The position numbers and the translations under genes were made by a program. Shown here in pieces: positions 9,706-20,200 of a stretch of 62,070 nt of DNA. Source of the DNA: a virus (lineage: Duplodnaviria; Caudoviricetes). The notes beneath the pieces are model-generated. The model was not told the DNA's origin. It saw only the letters and a program-made list of their open reading frames with translations, and searched no databases. Every line of letters begins with the position of its first letter. Position 1 is the first letter of the stretch. The stretch lies in the IMG/VR virus record IMGVR_UViG_3300020183_000077, positions 1-62,070 of that record, one strand, 5' to 3'.

Positions 9706-10437
9706 ATGCCTTTACCAAAGATTTCTACACCAACATATGAGTTGGAATTACCTTCAAATGGGAAAACGATTAAATACAGACCATTTTTAGTAAAAGAAGA
9801 GAAAATTTTAATTATTGCATTAGAATCCCAGGACACCAAACAAATTACTACTGCAATAAAACAAGTACTAAAAGAATGCATTTTAACAAAAGGTGTTAAA
9901 GTAGAAGAACTTCCTACTTTTGATATTGAATATGTCTTTTTAAATGTAAGAGGAAGGTCAGTTGGTGAAAATATTGACCTTATAGTTACATGTTACGACG
10001 ATGAAGAGAATACTCAAGTTCCAGTAACAGTTTATGTTGATGAAATAAATGTGCAAAAAAATCCAGAGCATTCTACAGATATTAAGTTGGATACTAATTT
10101 GGTAATGAGAATGAAGTATCCTTCATTAGATCAATTTATTAAAAATAACTTCGATTTCAGTGATGCACAAAGTGAAAGTAACATCGAAAAATCATTTGAT
10201 ATCATTTCTTCTTGTATTGATATGGTTTATAGTGATGAAGAGTCTTGGGCAGCAGCAGATTGCACAAAGAAAGAGTTAATTGACTTTATTGAGCAAATGA
10301 ATTCTCAACAATTCAAAAAAATCGAACAGTTCTTTGATACGATGCCGAAACTTTCTCATACATTGAAAGTTAAAAATCCTAAAACAGGAGTAGTCAACGA
10401 AGTAACGTTGGAGGGGTTAACGAGTTTTTTCGGTTAA
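9706..10437 (+). CDS. gp26: baseplate hub assembly protein gp26
   Basis: MPLPKI..PTYELELPS, YRPFLVKEEK, FD.EY.FL..R..SVGE, LEGL.SFF. Confidence 0.9.
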   Translation: MPLPKISTPTYELELPSNGKTIKYRPFLVKEEKILIIALESQDTKQITTAIKQVLKECILTKGVKVEELPTFDIEYVFLNVRGRSVGENIDLIVTCYDDEENTQVPVTVYVDEINVQKNPEHSTDIKLDTNLVMRMKYPSLDQFIKNNFDFSDAQSESNIEKSFDIISSCIDMVYSDEESWAAADCTKKELIDFIEQMNSQQFKKIEQFFDTMPKLSHTLKVKNPKTGVVNEVTLEGLTSFFG

Positions 10438-10439
10438 TT

Positions 10440-10619
10440 ATGTCTCATATGGATCTTGAGGCATATTTTAGAATTAATTTTGCCCTCATGCAGTTCCATA
10501 AATATTCTTTGACTGAGATTGAAAATATGATGCCCTGGGAAAGGGATATTTACGTTGGATTATTGCAACAACATATAGAAGAAGAAAAATTGAAGCAAAA
10601 ACAAGCAAATGGCAATTAA
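10440..10619 (+). CDS. gp51: baseplate hub assembly catalyst gp51-like (59 aa; possibly a -1 frameshift extension of gp26)
   Basis: Manual translation MSHMDLEAYFRINFALMQFHKYSLTEIENMMPWERDIYVGLLQQHIEEEK. Confidence 0.85.
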   Translation: MSHMDLEAYFRINFALMQFHKYSLTEIENMMPWERDIYVGLLQQHIEEEKLKQKQANGN

Positions 10620-12489
10620 GTCTGCCCTTAGACCAGAATCTATAGTCAGAACAAGACCAAAAAGTGTGCAGTCTGCTCAGAATTTTATTTCTGGTGGAAC
10701 ACCACTTGGATCTTCTGTTGTTTCTTCGGCAGCAAATAAAATCGTAGGGTTTCAACGTGCAGCAGTAAAACCAGTAACCCCAGATATTAACTCAATTGTC
10801 AGTACTATCTCTTCCAATATCTTAACTCAAGTTGATAATAGTATTAGAAATGCCACAAATATAACAAATAGGCAAGTAGATGGTAAATTAAAGCAAGTAG
10901 CAGCAAATATAACAAATCAAGTACAGCAAGTAAAACAAGAACAAACAAATCAAGTAACTCAACTTCAAACTGTTGTTCAAAACATTCGTCAACAGACTAA
11001 TAATTTTGTAAAGCAACTTTCTGAAAATTATAAAAAAAGAGTTCAAGATGTTGATACTGCAAAACCAATTGGTATATTAGATAAGTTTTTAAAAGCATAT
11101 CAAAATGCAATTGGTTTTATTCAATTCTTTGGAAAGGGAAAGAATATCAAGCAGTTAAGAGAAGGTTTACAAACACTTAAGACTTCTTTTACTGAAAGTT
11201 TTGAAATTGCTAAGTTAATTAGACAAACAATTTTAAAAATTGTCACTCAATTATCCAATTTACCAAAAGCAACACCAGGCGGAAGTCCTGGATTAAATTT
11301 AGATATTGATGTTCCAGGTGGAGCACTAAAAAGAACTACTCCCAGAAATGTAAGATCTGTAGGAAGAAGAGGTGCAGGAATGCTTGGTTTGGGATTGGGA
11401 GCAGTTGCTGCAGGTGGTGCAGTTAATGCTCTTGCTGATAGTGATAGACTCCAATCAATGCCTCAAGTAGTGGGTGGACTAACTGGAGGAATTATGGATT
11501 CATTTGCATTTATTGTGAATAAATTTGCAAATGCTGTAGAAGAGATGATAAAGGGTGGTACAAAGAAAGAAACACCATCAACTCAACCTGGACCTTCTTC
11601 TGGTGGAGCACCTTCTAGTCCTGCGAGTCCAGGTTCTTCTCCTGGAGGTGGGGGTTCCATGGGTGCAACAGATGTCACTGCTGATACTCAAGAAGAAAAA
11701 TCATGGTTACAAACTCTTAGAAAAGTTGAAGGCACAGCAGATTCTGGTGGATATAATAAATTAGTTGGTGGTGAAGTAGTGCCAGAATTGACACAAATGA
11801 CTTTGCAAGAAATTTATGATCTGGGAATGAAGGGTAGAATTGGTGAGGGAACTTTACCACAGAGATTCGGAGGAAGAAAAGTTAAATTTGGTGCGGATTC
11901 TCATGCAATGGGTGCATATCAGTTCAAACCACAAACAATGTTGGGAGTCGCAAAACAATTAGGATTGGATCCCAAAACAACAGTATTTTCTCCAGAAATT
12001 CAAGATAAACTTGGACTAAAAAATCTTCGTTTAACTGGAGTAGATCCAACAAAAAGAGCAACTCAAGCAGACATCGAAAAAGCAGGAACTCAATGGGCAG
12101 GATTAACTCCACATTGGGGACAAACTAAGAGAACATCTGCACAGTCATTAGAAATTTATAATAAGTATTATGGATCTGCACAGGCAAAACCAGATAAGGG
12201 AATGGGAATGCTTGACGGGATTGATCCATCAATGATTGATGCTGGACAGAGAAAGGCATTAGGAATCAATATTTCCCAACCACCACCATCACAAGCAAAA
12301 CCATCTATAGTTTCACTTCCACTTTCTGGTGGGCAGCAAGCAAGTCAACCACAATCTGGTGGGGGTGGTGGTCAAATGGTGGTCCCACCAGAACAAAAAG
12401 GACCATCAGTTCCATTGCTACCATCCTCTGACGAGAGCAATTTCTTAACAATGTATTCAAAAATAGTCTACAATATTATTGACGGATAA
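10609..12489 (+). CDS. hub/tape-measure-like virion protein with lambda-R-like lytic transglycosylase domain
   Basis: Helical N-half; LRKVEGT...YN, AMGAYQF, FSPEIQDKL lysozyme-like motifs. Confidence 0.7.
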   Translation: MAIKSALRPESIVRTRPKSVQSAQNFISGGTPLGSSVVSSAANKIVGFQRAAVKPVTPDINSIVSTISSNILTQVDNSIRNATNITNRQVDGKLKQVAANITNQVQQVKQEQTNQVTQLQTVVQNIRQQTNNFVKQLSENYKKRVQDVDTAKPIGILDKFLKAYQNAIGFIQFFGKGKNIKQLREGLQTLKTSFTESFEIAKLIRQTILKIVTQLSNLPKATPGGSPGLNLDIDVPGGALKRTTPRNVRSVGRRGAGMLGLGLGAVAAGGAVNALADSDRLQSMPQVVGGLTGGIMDSFAFIVNKFANAVEEMIKGGTKKETPSTQPGPSSGGAPSSPASPGSSPGGGGSMGATDVTADTQEEKSWLQTLRKVEGTADSGGYNKLVGGEVVPELTQMTLQEIYDLGMKGRIGEGTLPQRFGGRKVKFGADSHAMGAYQFKPQTMLGVAKQLGLDPKTTVFSPEIQDKLGLKNLRLTGVDPTKRATQADIEKAGTQWAGLTPHWGQTKRTSAQSLEIYNKYYGSAQAKPDKGMGMLDGIDPSMIDAGQRKALGINISQPPPSQAKPSIVSLPLSGGQQASQPQSGGGGGQMVVPPEQKGPSVPLLPSSDESNFLTMYSKIVYNIIDG

Positions 12490-14594
12490 TGGCAAAAACT
12501 ATTTCTTCCCCACTAGTTTCATCTTTTAATAGTATTGCTTCTCTGAATGGTAATACTAAACGTAATCTGACAAAAATGCAGTCAGAATACAAAGCATTTT
12601 CAACATTTTTATTGAGAGAAACTAAAGCACTTGAGGGTATTAAATTACCACCAAAAAGAAAGATAAAAGAACTTTCAAATTTAAATATTGCTAGTAACTT
12701 TGGCAATATTGGTAATCTTTTACGTTCTTTAGTTGGTGGTGCTCTTGATGTTGGTGGTTTCCTTGGAAGTATGTTTCCAGGAAAAGGAAAATTAGGAGAA
12801 CCTGCTAAAGCAGTGGGAAAACCAGCAAAACCAATTCCAAGAGGAAAGGGATTGAGATTTGGTGGGTTGAGATCTATTGGGATTGTTAATAGTATATTTG
12901 CTGGATTAGACTTTGCGACTGGACTAGCAGAAGGAGAAAGTATAGGTAAGTCTGCTGCTGGAACTGGTGGTGCTCTTGCTGGAAGTTTACTTGGTGGTGC
13001 CATTGGACAAACCCTCATACCAATCCCTGGAGTTGGATTTGTAATTGGAAGCATGGCAGGCAATTTCCTTGGGGGATATGCTGCTGATAGAGCATATGAA
13101 GGTGTAACGGGAGAAAAGTCATTAGAACAAAAACAGCAAGAAAGACTCAAAGCACAAGAGCAAAAGCAAAAAGGTCTTGCTGAAGGCGGAGGAAGTTTAA
13201 AAGAGTCAATGAATAGACTCGGAAGTGCTGTCAATAAATTTAGTGAGTTTGCTTCTGGTTTTTCTATGGATAGTGAGTCTCCTATAGGTGAAGGAACTCA
13301 GACTGATATAACTTCTGTAGATCCCAACGACACTGGTGGTGGGGTAACAGATGGAGCAGCAGATGCAAATTATCCTGGTTTTGATAATGTTGAGAGAGTT
13401 TCTCCATTTGTTACTGGTCATGTGAGTACCTATCCAGGAGCACAATTTGGTGCTGGAAGACCAAATGGAAGAGTTCATGCTGGGCAAGATATTGCGGGTC
13501 AAAGTGCTGGTGACCCAGTTTTGTCTGCAATGGCAGGAACAGTAACTCAAGTTGGTCGTGGTTATCCATGGCAAAAAGGTGGAGGAAGTAGTCAAACCAT
13601 TACAATCAAACATAAAGATGGAAGTATGACAAGATATGTTCATGTTATGGCAAATACATCTGTTGGACAAGAAGTTAAAACAGGAGAAAAAATAGGAACA
13701 ATTTCTCCTGCAGACACAGCAAGTTCTGCAGATTTTCCACATTTGCATTTCGAGTTATATAATTCTGGTGGAAAATTAATTGACCCAAGACCATTCTTAA
13801 GGACTTCCCCAAAGACACCAAAAGTAGTTCCAGTTAAAACTGGAACACCAGCAGTTGCTCCAACTTCAAATGGACAAGCAGGAAAGTTTACTGCAAATGA
13901 TATTATGTCTGCACCAATGTTGACAATTGGAGATAGTATTGCAAAAGGAATAAAAGATCAAACTGGAGGTGCTGGGTCTGCAACTGCTGGAGCAACTCCA
14001 AAAGATGTTCTTGGTATGATGCAATCTCAAGACATGAAAGGAAAACTCGTTAGATTATCATCTGGAATATCTAATGAGACTGGTGATTTATCAACAGTCA
14101 GACAACAACTACAATATGCTCAAAAGATGGGAGCAAAAGGTGTTCAGTTAATGGGAACAAGTGTAGATAGAGGTGATTTGTCTCCACTAAATGCAAAGTT
14201 ACAAGCATTAGCAAGTGAATTTCCTGGATTCGTTCAATTTGCTGGGGGGTTCAATGCTGCCGATAAGATTCATCCAGATTATAAAAAATATAGTCAAAAA
14301 TTACAGGATATGATGAAAGGTGGAATGGGTGGTGAAGGAGTAGACAAGTCAAAATTTGCTCCAGGTGCTCTTTCCAAATTAGAAAATTATCCAGAATACA
14401 ATGCGCCAGGTTCATCAATTGTTTTGGTTCCGATTACTGGTCAATCTGCACCTTCTGGATCTAGTGCCCCAATGACTGTTACTGGTGGAGGAGGTGGTGG
14501 GACTCCTCCTCCGATGGTTATGGGCAAATCACAAGCACAGGTGGTAAATAGTTTAATGAAAACCCTTCTTCTCACAAATCTTTCGCAAACATAA
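12489..14594 (+). CDS. hub/tape-measure-like virion protein with M23 peptidase and SGNH-like domains
   Basis: Glycine-zipper region; HAGQD, YVH, PHLHFE (M23); IGDSI...G..N...DKIH (SGNH). Confidence 0.72.
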   Translation: MAKTISSPLVSSFNSIASLNGNTKRNLTKMQSEYKAFSTFLLRETKALEGIKLPPKRKIKELSNLNIASNFGNIGNLLRSLVGGALDVGGFLGSMFPGKGKLGEPAKAVGKPAKPIPRGKGLRFGGLRSIGIVNSIFAGLDFATGLAEGESIGKSAAGTGGALAGSLLGGAIGQTLIPIPGVGFVIGSMAGNFLGGYAADRAYEGVTGEKSLEQKQQERLKAQEQKQKGLAEGGGSLKESMNRLGSAVNKFSEFASGFSMDSESPIGEGTQTDITSVDPNDTGGGVTDGAADANYPGFDNVERVSPFVTGHVSTYPGAQFGAGRPNGRVHAGQDIAGQSAGDPVLSAMAGTVTQVGRGYPWQKGGGSSQTITIKHKDGSMTRYVHVMANTSVGQEVKTGEKIGTISPADTASSADFPHLHFELYNSGGKLIDPRPFLRTSPKTPKVVPVKTGTPAVAPTSNGQAGKFTANDIMSAPMLTIGDSIAKGIKDQTGGAGSATAGATPKDVLGMMQSQDMKGKLVRLSSGISNETGDLSTVRQQLQYAQKMGAKGVQLMGTSVDRGDLSPLNAKLQALASEFPGFVQFAGGFNAADKIHPDYKKYSQKLQDMMKGGMGGEGVDKSKFAPGALSKLENYPEYNAPGSSIVLVPITGQSAPSGSSAPMTVTGGGGGGTPPPMVMGKSQAQVVNSLMKTLLLTNLSQT

Positions 14595-15904
14595 TGTCAA
14601 ATCCATTTATAGCAGGTTTAACATATAATTTTGTTGTCATAGAATCTCTTGATGGCAAGAAAAAAGTTGATATTACAAATTCTGTTTTGTTTGCAGATTA
14701 TTATGAAGATATACTCTCACCTTGTGTCACTATGAGCATGATGATACAAAACTCAACTTCTCTTGTTAACTTTTTACCAATAAGAGGGGGAGAAAGAGTA
14801 TCATTCAGTGTTCAGACTGGATCTGGCGAATTTACATTAGATAAAAAGTTTTCTATGTATGTTTTTAAAGTGAGTGATATTATTGCAGAAGACATGAAGG
14901 AAATGTTCACATTGCATTTGACTTCAAGAGAAGGAATCACAAATGAAACCACAAGATGTTTTAAGAGATATGAAGGAAATATTAAAACAACTGTAGAATC
15001 TATATTAAAGAATGACTTAAAAAGTGAGAAGTACGAAACTAAAAATATCGAAAGCACATCAAACAGTTATAATTTTATTGGAAATACAAGAAAACCATTC
15101 ACTGTATTGACTTGGTTGGGTCCAAAGGCAATGCCAAATGCATCTGGTGGTGTTTCTGGAAAAGGAAACAGTGGAGAAGCAAAAGGAACTTCTGGATATT
15201 TGTTCTATGAAAATAAAGAAGGATTTAATTTCAAAAGCATTGATAGTTTAGTATCTAGTACTCAGATTGGATCTTCTTCAGCAGATTCTAAAACGATATC
15301 AAAGTATGTTTACACTGGAGTAGTCGAGGCAAGTAAAGTAGAAAATGCATTTATAATTTTAAATTATAATATAGAAAAGAATATTGATTTACTAAAGAGT
15401 TTAAGAGTTGGAATGTATTCAAATAAGACATACTTTTATGACTTTTATACTGGTCATATGGACATCTATACGTATAAATTGAAAGACCAAATCAAAAATA
15501 CATTGGGAACAGATGATACGATAGCAGTTTCTAAAGAACTTGGTGATTCGTGGACAAGAATAATGGTCAGAACTTCTGATAGGGGTGTTTTGGATAAAGA
15601 AACTGTCGTAAAAGAATCAGGGAGAGATGTTGCGGATATGGCAAAATCCGCATCAAGATATAACATTTTGTTCACTCAGGCACTAAATATGGTAGTACCA
15701 TGTAACATTAAACTAAAAGCTGGTGACGTAATTCACGCTGAATTTCCTGCAATCGAAGTAACTGATAAAAAACAAGCTGACAAACAACAAAGTGGAAATT
15801 ATTTAATCAAAGAATTAAGACACCATTTTGAACTGAATCAAGTAGTGACAAGTTTAAAATTGATTAGGGATAGTTATGGATTATATGGGTCTTCCAACCG
15901 ATAA
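14594..15904 (+). CDS. baseplate hub protein (gp27-like)
   Basis: YYEDILSP, LPIRGGE, YLFYEN..GFNFKSID, SGNYLI..L.H; position before gp5. Confidence 0.65.
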   Translation: MSNPFIAGLTYNFVVIESLDGKKKVDITNSVLFADYYEDILSPCVTMSMMIQNSTSLVNFLPIRGGERVSFSVQTGSGEFTLDKKFSMYVFKVSDIIAEDMKEMFTLHLTSREGITNETTRCFKRYEGNIKTTVESILKNDLKSEKYETKNIESTSNSYNFIGNTRKPFTVLTWLGPKAMPNASGGVSGKGNSGEAKGTSGYLFYENKEGFNFKSIDSLVSSTQIGSSSADSKTISKYVYTGVVEASKVENAFIILNYNIEKNIDLLKSLRVGMYSNKTYFYDFYTGHMDIYTYKLKDQIKNTLGTDDTIAVSKELGDSWTRIMVRTSDRGVLDKETVVKESGRDVADMAKSASRYNILFTQALNMVVPCNIKLKAGDVIHAEFPAIEVTDKKQADKQQSGNYLIKELRHHFELNQVVTSLKLIRDSYGLYGSSNR

Positions 15905-15909
15905 AAACT

Positions 15910-16119
15910 ATGGAACTTCAACAGACCATCAATGATATTTGCGAGGAACTAGAAAGTCCTGCAATAAATAAACAAAGAAAAAGATATTTGGAAAATTATC
16001 TTTCAGAACTTTTAGAATTTCAAAAGCACAATCCAGATGCTCTTGATTGTCCAACTCATCTAGAGTTGTATTGTGATTTAAACCCAGACGCACCTGAATG
16101 CAGAATTTTCGATGATTGA
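15910..16119 (+). CDS. cp12: CP12 Calvin-cycle inhibitor (auxiliary metabolic gene)
   Basis: C-terminal ELYCDLNPDAPECRIFDD CP12 motif. Confidence 0.9.
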   Translation: MELQQTINDICEELESPAINKQRKRYLENYLSELLEFQKHNPDALDCPTHLELYCDLNPDAPECRIFDD

Positions 16120-18682
16120 AGGATCTTTATTAAAATCAAACTATCTTGGAAAAGATGGATTTATTTGGTGGATAGGACAAGTTGCCCCAGCAAAAGTCTG
16201 GAGAGATGAGAAATCTTGGCCAGATGCTGGTAAAAATAAAAAAGGCGAAAAGAGTGGTAGTTGGGCATATCGTTGTAAGGTAAGAATTATTGGGTATCAT
16301 CCATTTGATAGAAACGTTCTTCCAGACAATGATTTGCCTTGGGCACACGTATTGACTACTGGAGCAGAAGGATCAATCCAGGGTGGTGTTGGGCAAACAC
16401 TGAGATTGACTGGTGGAGAAACTGCTTTTGGTTTTTTCTTAGATGGTGATGACGGGCAACAACCAGTAGTTGTCGGTTGTTTGCATAGAAATGAAAGTGT
16501 TGAAAATTTCCCATCAGAGTCAATTGCTGATCAATTGAGACCTTTTACTGGTCATACTGGTCCTTTAAGACAAGGGGCAACACAAATAAGAAAGCAAAAT
16601 GATGGTGTTCAAGGTGAACCAAAAACATCAAACTCTATAACAGATATTGCTTTTTCTAAAGATATTGGTGATTTATCCAAAACAACTAGAGAAGAAAATA
16701 AATCAGGAGCAGATCAATTTATTCGAGAAGATTATGCATCTCAGCAATTTGCTGCAGAGGTTGGTGAAGTTTGTATTGTTAGAGAAAATGGTTGTAATGA
16801 TAATTTAATTGGAAAAATATCAAAAATATTACAAGAATTTATTCAATTTGTAGGAAGAATACAAGATTTTATTGGAACTTATATCGACCCAATATTAAAT
16901 GAGTTTGTTGATATCGTTAATGAAATAAGAGGATTTGCGAGAAGAATCGTTGGGGTTATAAAATTTATAGTCAATAATCTTCGTGGTGCAATCATTAAGT
17001 TAGTTACAAATTTATTTCGTGATTTTATCGCAAAGGTTCTGCCACTACCACAACACCCACCAGTAGCAGAAGCAACGAAAAATATCATCAATATTATCTT
17101 CTGTTTATTTGAAAAATTAATTCCATTAATTATTGATTACATTGTCAATCTTTTGACAAATATGATTGGTAGAGCAATCAATGCTCCATTATGTGCGGTT
17201 GAAGAATTTACTGCAGGAATTCTTGGAAAATTAATGGAGTTTATCGAAGACCTTCTTGGTCCAGTTATGTCTGGATTGAATTGGTTACTTGGAGGTATTG
17301 GACAAATAAGTAGTGTATTAGGTCAAATTTCTTCTATTGCCCAACAGATTCTCAATTTTATTGGATGTGACCAATTAAAATGCGAAACTGCAACTCAATG
17401 GTGCGCTGATGGAGGAGCAGCTAAAAAAGGAAAAGATAGTTGGTCAAGAACACTTAAAAAGTTAAACTTCATGAAAGGAGTTAATCAAAGCATTGATGAT
17501 GCTATTGGTTCTACTTCAATGTTTGGATATACTGGACCATCACCGTTTAGAGATTGCTCTCAAAAAGTCAATAATCCGACAAATCAAAATGACAAAACAA
17601 AACTTCCAACAGGAGTGAAGTCTTCTTCATGCATACCACCAATACTTGAAATATTTGGAACAGGAATTAATGCACAAGCAATTCCGATTGTTGGAAATGA
17701 TGGTAAAATATTGACTGTTGAGGTATTAAATCCAGGAAGAGGGTATTCAAAACCACCATCAATTAATGTAATTGACAATACAAATCATGGTTCAGGTGCT
17801 CAACTTGAAGCTAAAATTAAAGATGGAAAAATAGAGTCAATATACGTTGTAAATCCTGGATCTGGTTATTGTTTACCAGATTATGCAAACACATTTGTTT
17901 TCCCCACTTATTTTGTAACAGCAGACAAATATACAGTGTTTGAAGGAGAAACAATAACTTTCACAATAACAACTACAAATTTAGCAGATAATACTGAATT
18001 ATACTATGATATTACTGGTGATATTACAATAGAAGATTTGGAAGTCACTTCATTATCTAATAAAATAAAAATAATCAATAACACAGCAACAGTATCTGTA
18101 AAGGTAAAACAAGATAGTCAGACAGAGCCTGTTGAAACTTTGATGTTTAATCTTTATGACCCAGATGATGATTTTGTAGCAAAAACAACAGTTATAATTG
18201 GAAATAGACTTTCACCAACACTTCCACCAGCACCAAATCAACCAAATGAATCTCCACCAGGAAACCCAATTCCTGATGATTTAGGTGGAAATGCTGGAAT
18301 TGGAACTACTTCACTGCCAGGAAATCTAATTCCATTCCCTGGAATATCTACTTTCACTGGTATTGGAACTAATGTTGTTGGAGTGATTACAAATTTTGCT
18401 ATTCCTAATCCAGGATTTGGTTATACTTCTGGAGACAAAGTTAAATTTGAAAATTGCGAGTTTGGAGTAATTGTTACACCAACTGGAGCAATTGTTGGAT
18501 TGAATTCTATCAATTCTTGTAATAGTAATTTTGTCACAAATCCAGGACCAGCAGAAATTGTTACCACTACAGGTGAAGGTGCAACAATATATCCAATAAT
18601 ACAATTCAAACCAACATTTAATAAGATTACTGTTGTTAATCAATTTGGTGTTATTAACGTTATTGATTGTATCACTAAATAA
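16112..18682 (+). CDS. gp5: baseplate hub/needle gp5-like protein
   Basis: GF.WWIGQV, RCKVRIIGYH, LPWA, GFFLDG...QQP OB-fold; later PG.GY repeats. Confidence 0.85.
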   Translation: MIEGSLLKSNYLGKDGFIWWIGQVAPAKVWRDEKSWPDAGKNKKGEKSGSWAYRCKVRIIGYHPFDRNVLPDNDLPWAHVLTTGAEGSIQGGVGQTLRLTGGETAFGFFLDGDDGQQPVVVGCLHRNESVENFPSESIADQLRPFTGHTGPLRQGATQIRKQNDGVQGEPKTSNSITDIAFSKDIGDLSKTTREENKSGADQFIREDYASQQFAAEVGEVCIVRENGCNDNLIGKISKILQEFIQFVGRIQDFIGTYIDPILNEFVDIVNEIRGFARRIVGVIKFIVNNLRGAIIKLVTNLFRDFIAKVLPLPQHPPVAEATKNIINIIFCLFEKLIPLIIDYIVNLLTNMIGRAINAPLCAVEEFTAGILGKLMEFIEDLLGPVMSGLNWLLGGIGQISSVLGQISSIAQQILNFIGCDQLKCETATQWCADGGAAKKGKDSWSRTLKKLNFMKGVNQSIDDAIGSTSMFGYTGPSPFRDCSQKVNNPTNQNDKTKLPTGVKSSSCIPPILEIFGTGINAQAIPIVGNDGKILTVEVLNPGRGYSKPPSINVIDNTNHGSGAQLEAKIKDGKIESIYVVNPGSGYCLPDYANTFVFPTYFVTADKYTVFEGETITFTITTTNLADNTELYYDITGDITIEDLEVTSLSNKIKIINNTATVSVKVKQDSQTEPVETLMFNLYDPDDDFVAKTTVIIGNRLSPTLPPAPNQPNESPPGNPIPDDLGGNAGIGTTSLPGNLIPFPGISTFTGIGTNVVGVITNFAIPNPGFGYTSGDKVKFENCEFGVIVTPTGAIVGLNSINSCNSNFVTNPGPAEIVTTTGEGATIYPIIQFKPTFNKITVVNQFGVINVIDCITK

Positions 18683-18702
18683 AAGAAATCTCTTCTTATA
18701 AA

Positions 18703-19254
18703 ATGACTGATCAACCAAAAGAGTGGTGGCAACAGGGATACGGATTTAAAGTTCAAGCAGGAACGAAAATAAACGGTAAGGAAGTCGGTTATGGTGTGAT
18801 AACCGATGAGCATACTGGATATGCTTATTATAAAAATGGTGACAAATGGGATTTGTCTTTGAAAACTTCATTGGAAGTTTGTGGAAAAAAAGTAAATGAA
18901 AAAGAACCAGCAAAAATCATCTATGCAAAAAATGGTGACATTCACTTTGAAGCAGTGAATGGTCAAATTACTTTGAAAGCAAGAAGCATTCGTCTTGTTG
19001 CGGAAGATGGTGACGGGGAGGTTACTATTCAAGCAGGAAAGGTTGTTGAGATTGATGGTCCAACAAGTAGAATAAAAGGAACAAATATTGATATTCCTGC
19101 ACAAAATTCTGTTAATATTATGGGACAATATGTTGAAACTGCAGCAGGGGTACAAGAATCCAGTTCATCTTTAGTTGATATTTTCCAAGGTTCTTTTATT
19201 GGTCAAATTTTAAATTCACTTGGAAATTTGAAGAAGTTCTTACAATTGCTATAA
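18703..19254 (+). CDS. virion structural protein (gp5-associated beta-helix-like)
   Basis: Repetitive beta-strand pattern; position after gp5. Confidence 0.55.
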   Translation: MTDQPKEWWQQGYGFKVQAGTKINGKEVGYGVITDEHTGYAYYKNGDKWDLSLKTSLEVCGKKVNEKEPAKIIYAKNGDIHFEAVNGQITLKARSIRLVAEDGDGEVTIQAGKVVEIDGPTSRIKGTNIDIPAQNSVNIMGQYVETAAGVQESSSSLVDIFQGSFIGQILNSLGNLKKFLQLL

Positions 19255-19258
19255 TAAC

Positions 19259-20200
19259 ATGCCAGCACTATCATCTATCTCAACTGTCGGAGATAAACTT
19301 ATAGTAGGAGCAATCGACACATCTTTTTTGACTGCTTCTAGTAGAGTTCTCCCAGGTACAGCAGTTTTAAATGGTCCAGTTTTTATTGGAGCAACTCCAC
19401 AAATTGGAATTGCTCGTGCTGCTTGCATGATTGGTCCACCATTGGGTAGTCTTGCTGCACCAGCATCTTTAGAAGTCACGGGGATAACAAATATTATTGG
19501 TTCATTGAATGTATTTGCAGTGAGTCTATTTATGGGAGTCACTACAAAAAATGGAATTACCATTAAGAATGCATTGAGTTTAAAAAATGCGGTAAATTTA
19601 AATAATTCAATTAGTCTTGGTAATGCACCAAAAATTAATAATGCACCATTAATTGTTCATTCATTTGGCATTTTTGATGGAGCTGTTTCTGGTAGAGATT
19701 TTATTCCATCAAACGGCCACGGACTACTTGAAACTTATGCTATAGCAACAAAAGCACTTTCTTTAGCAGGAAAGGGGTTTGATATTCCACACCCAACAAA
19801 AAAAGATCATAGATTAAGATATATCTGTTTAGAAGGACCAGAGGTTGGAGCATATTTTAGAGGAAAATTAGAAAATACTAATGTAATAGAATTGCCAGAT
19901 TATTGGAGAAACTTAGTATACCCAGAAACAATTAGTGTCAATTTAACTCCGATTGGACAATATCAAGAATTGTTTGTAGAATCAATTGAATGGGGAACCA
20001 GAATTAAAATTAAAAACAATTCTGGAACATCAATTAAATGTTACTATACTGTATTTGCAGAAAGAGTTACGAAAGATAAATTACAACCTGAATACGAAGG
20101 ATTGACACCAGCAGACTATCCAGGTGATAATAGTGAATATGCTTTAGCGGGTTGGGATTATGCAGTACACAAAGGAGAAAATAAAACACCAAGTCTATGA
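19259..20200 (+). CDS. virion structural protein with C-terminal chaperone-like domain
   Basis: FDIPHP...LRY.CLEGPE...Y.RG, IELPDYW. Confidence 0.6.
   Translation: MPALSSISTVGDKLIVGAIDTSFLTASSRVLPGTAVLNGPVFIGATPQIGIARAACMIGPPLGSLAAPASLEVTGITNIIGSLNVFAVSLFMGVTTKNGITIKNALSLKNAVNLNNSISLGNAPKINNAPLIVHSFGIFDGAVSGRDFIPSNGHGLLETYAIATKALSLAGKGFDIPHPTKKDHRLRYICLEGPEVGAYFRGKLENTNVIELPDYWRNLVYPETISVNLTPIGQYQELFVESIEWGTRIKIKNNSGTSIKCYYTVFAERVTKDKLQPEYEGLTPADYPGDNSEYALAGWDYAVHKGENKTPSL

Noticed and set aside
12476-13748. 252-aa and 180-aa minus-strand ORFs
   Set aside because: Antisense shadows of the Gly/Ala-rich sense gene
15910-16119. cp12 embedded in the baseplate operon
   Set aside because: Well-known cyanophage auxiliary gene; placement beside gp5 is not unusual
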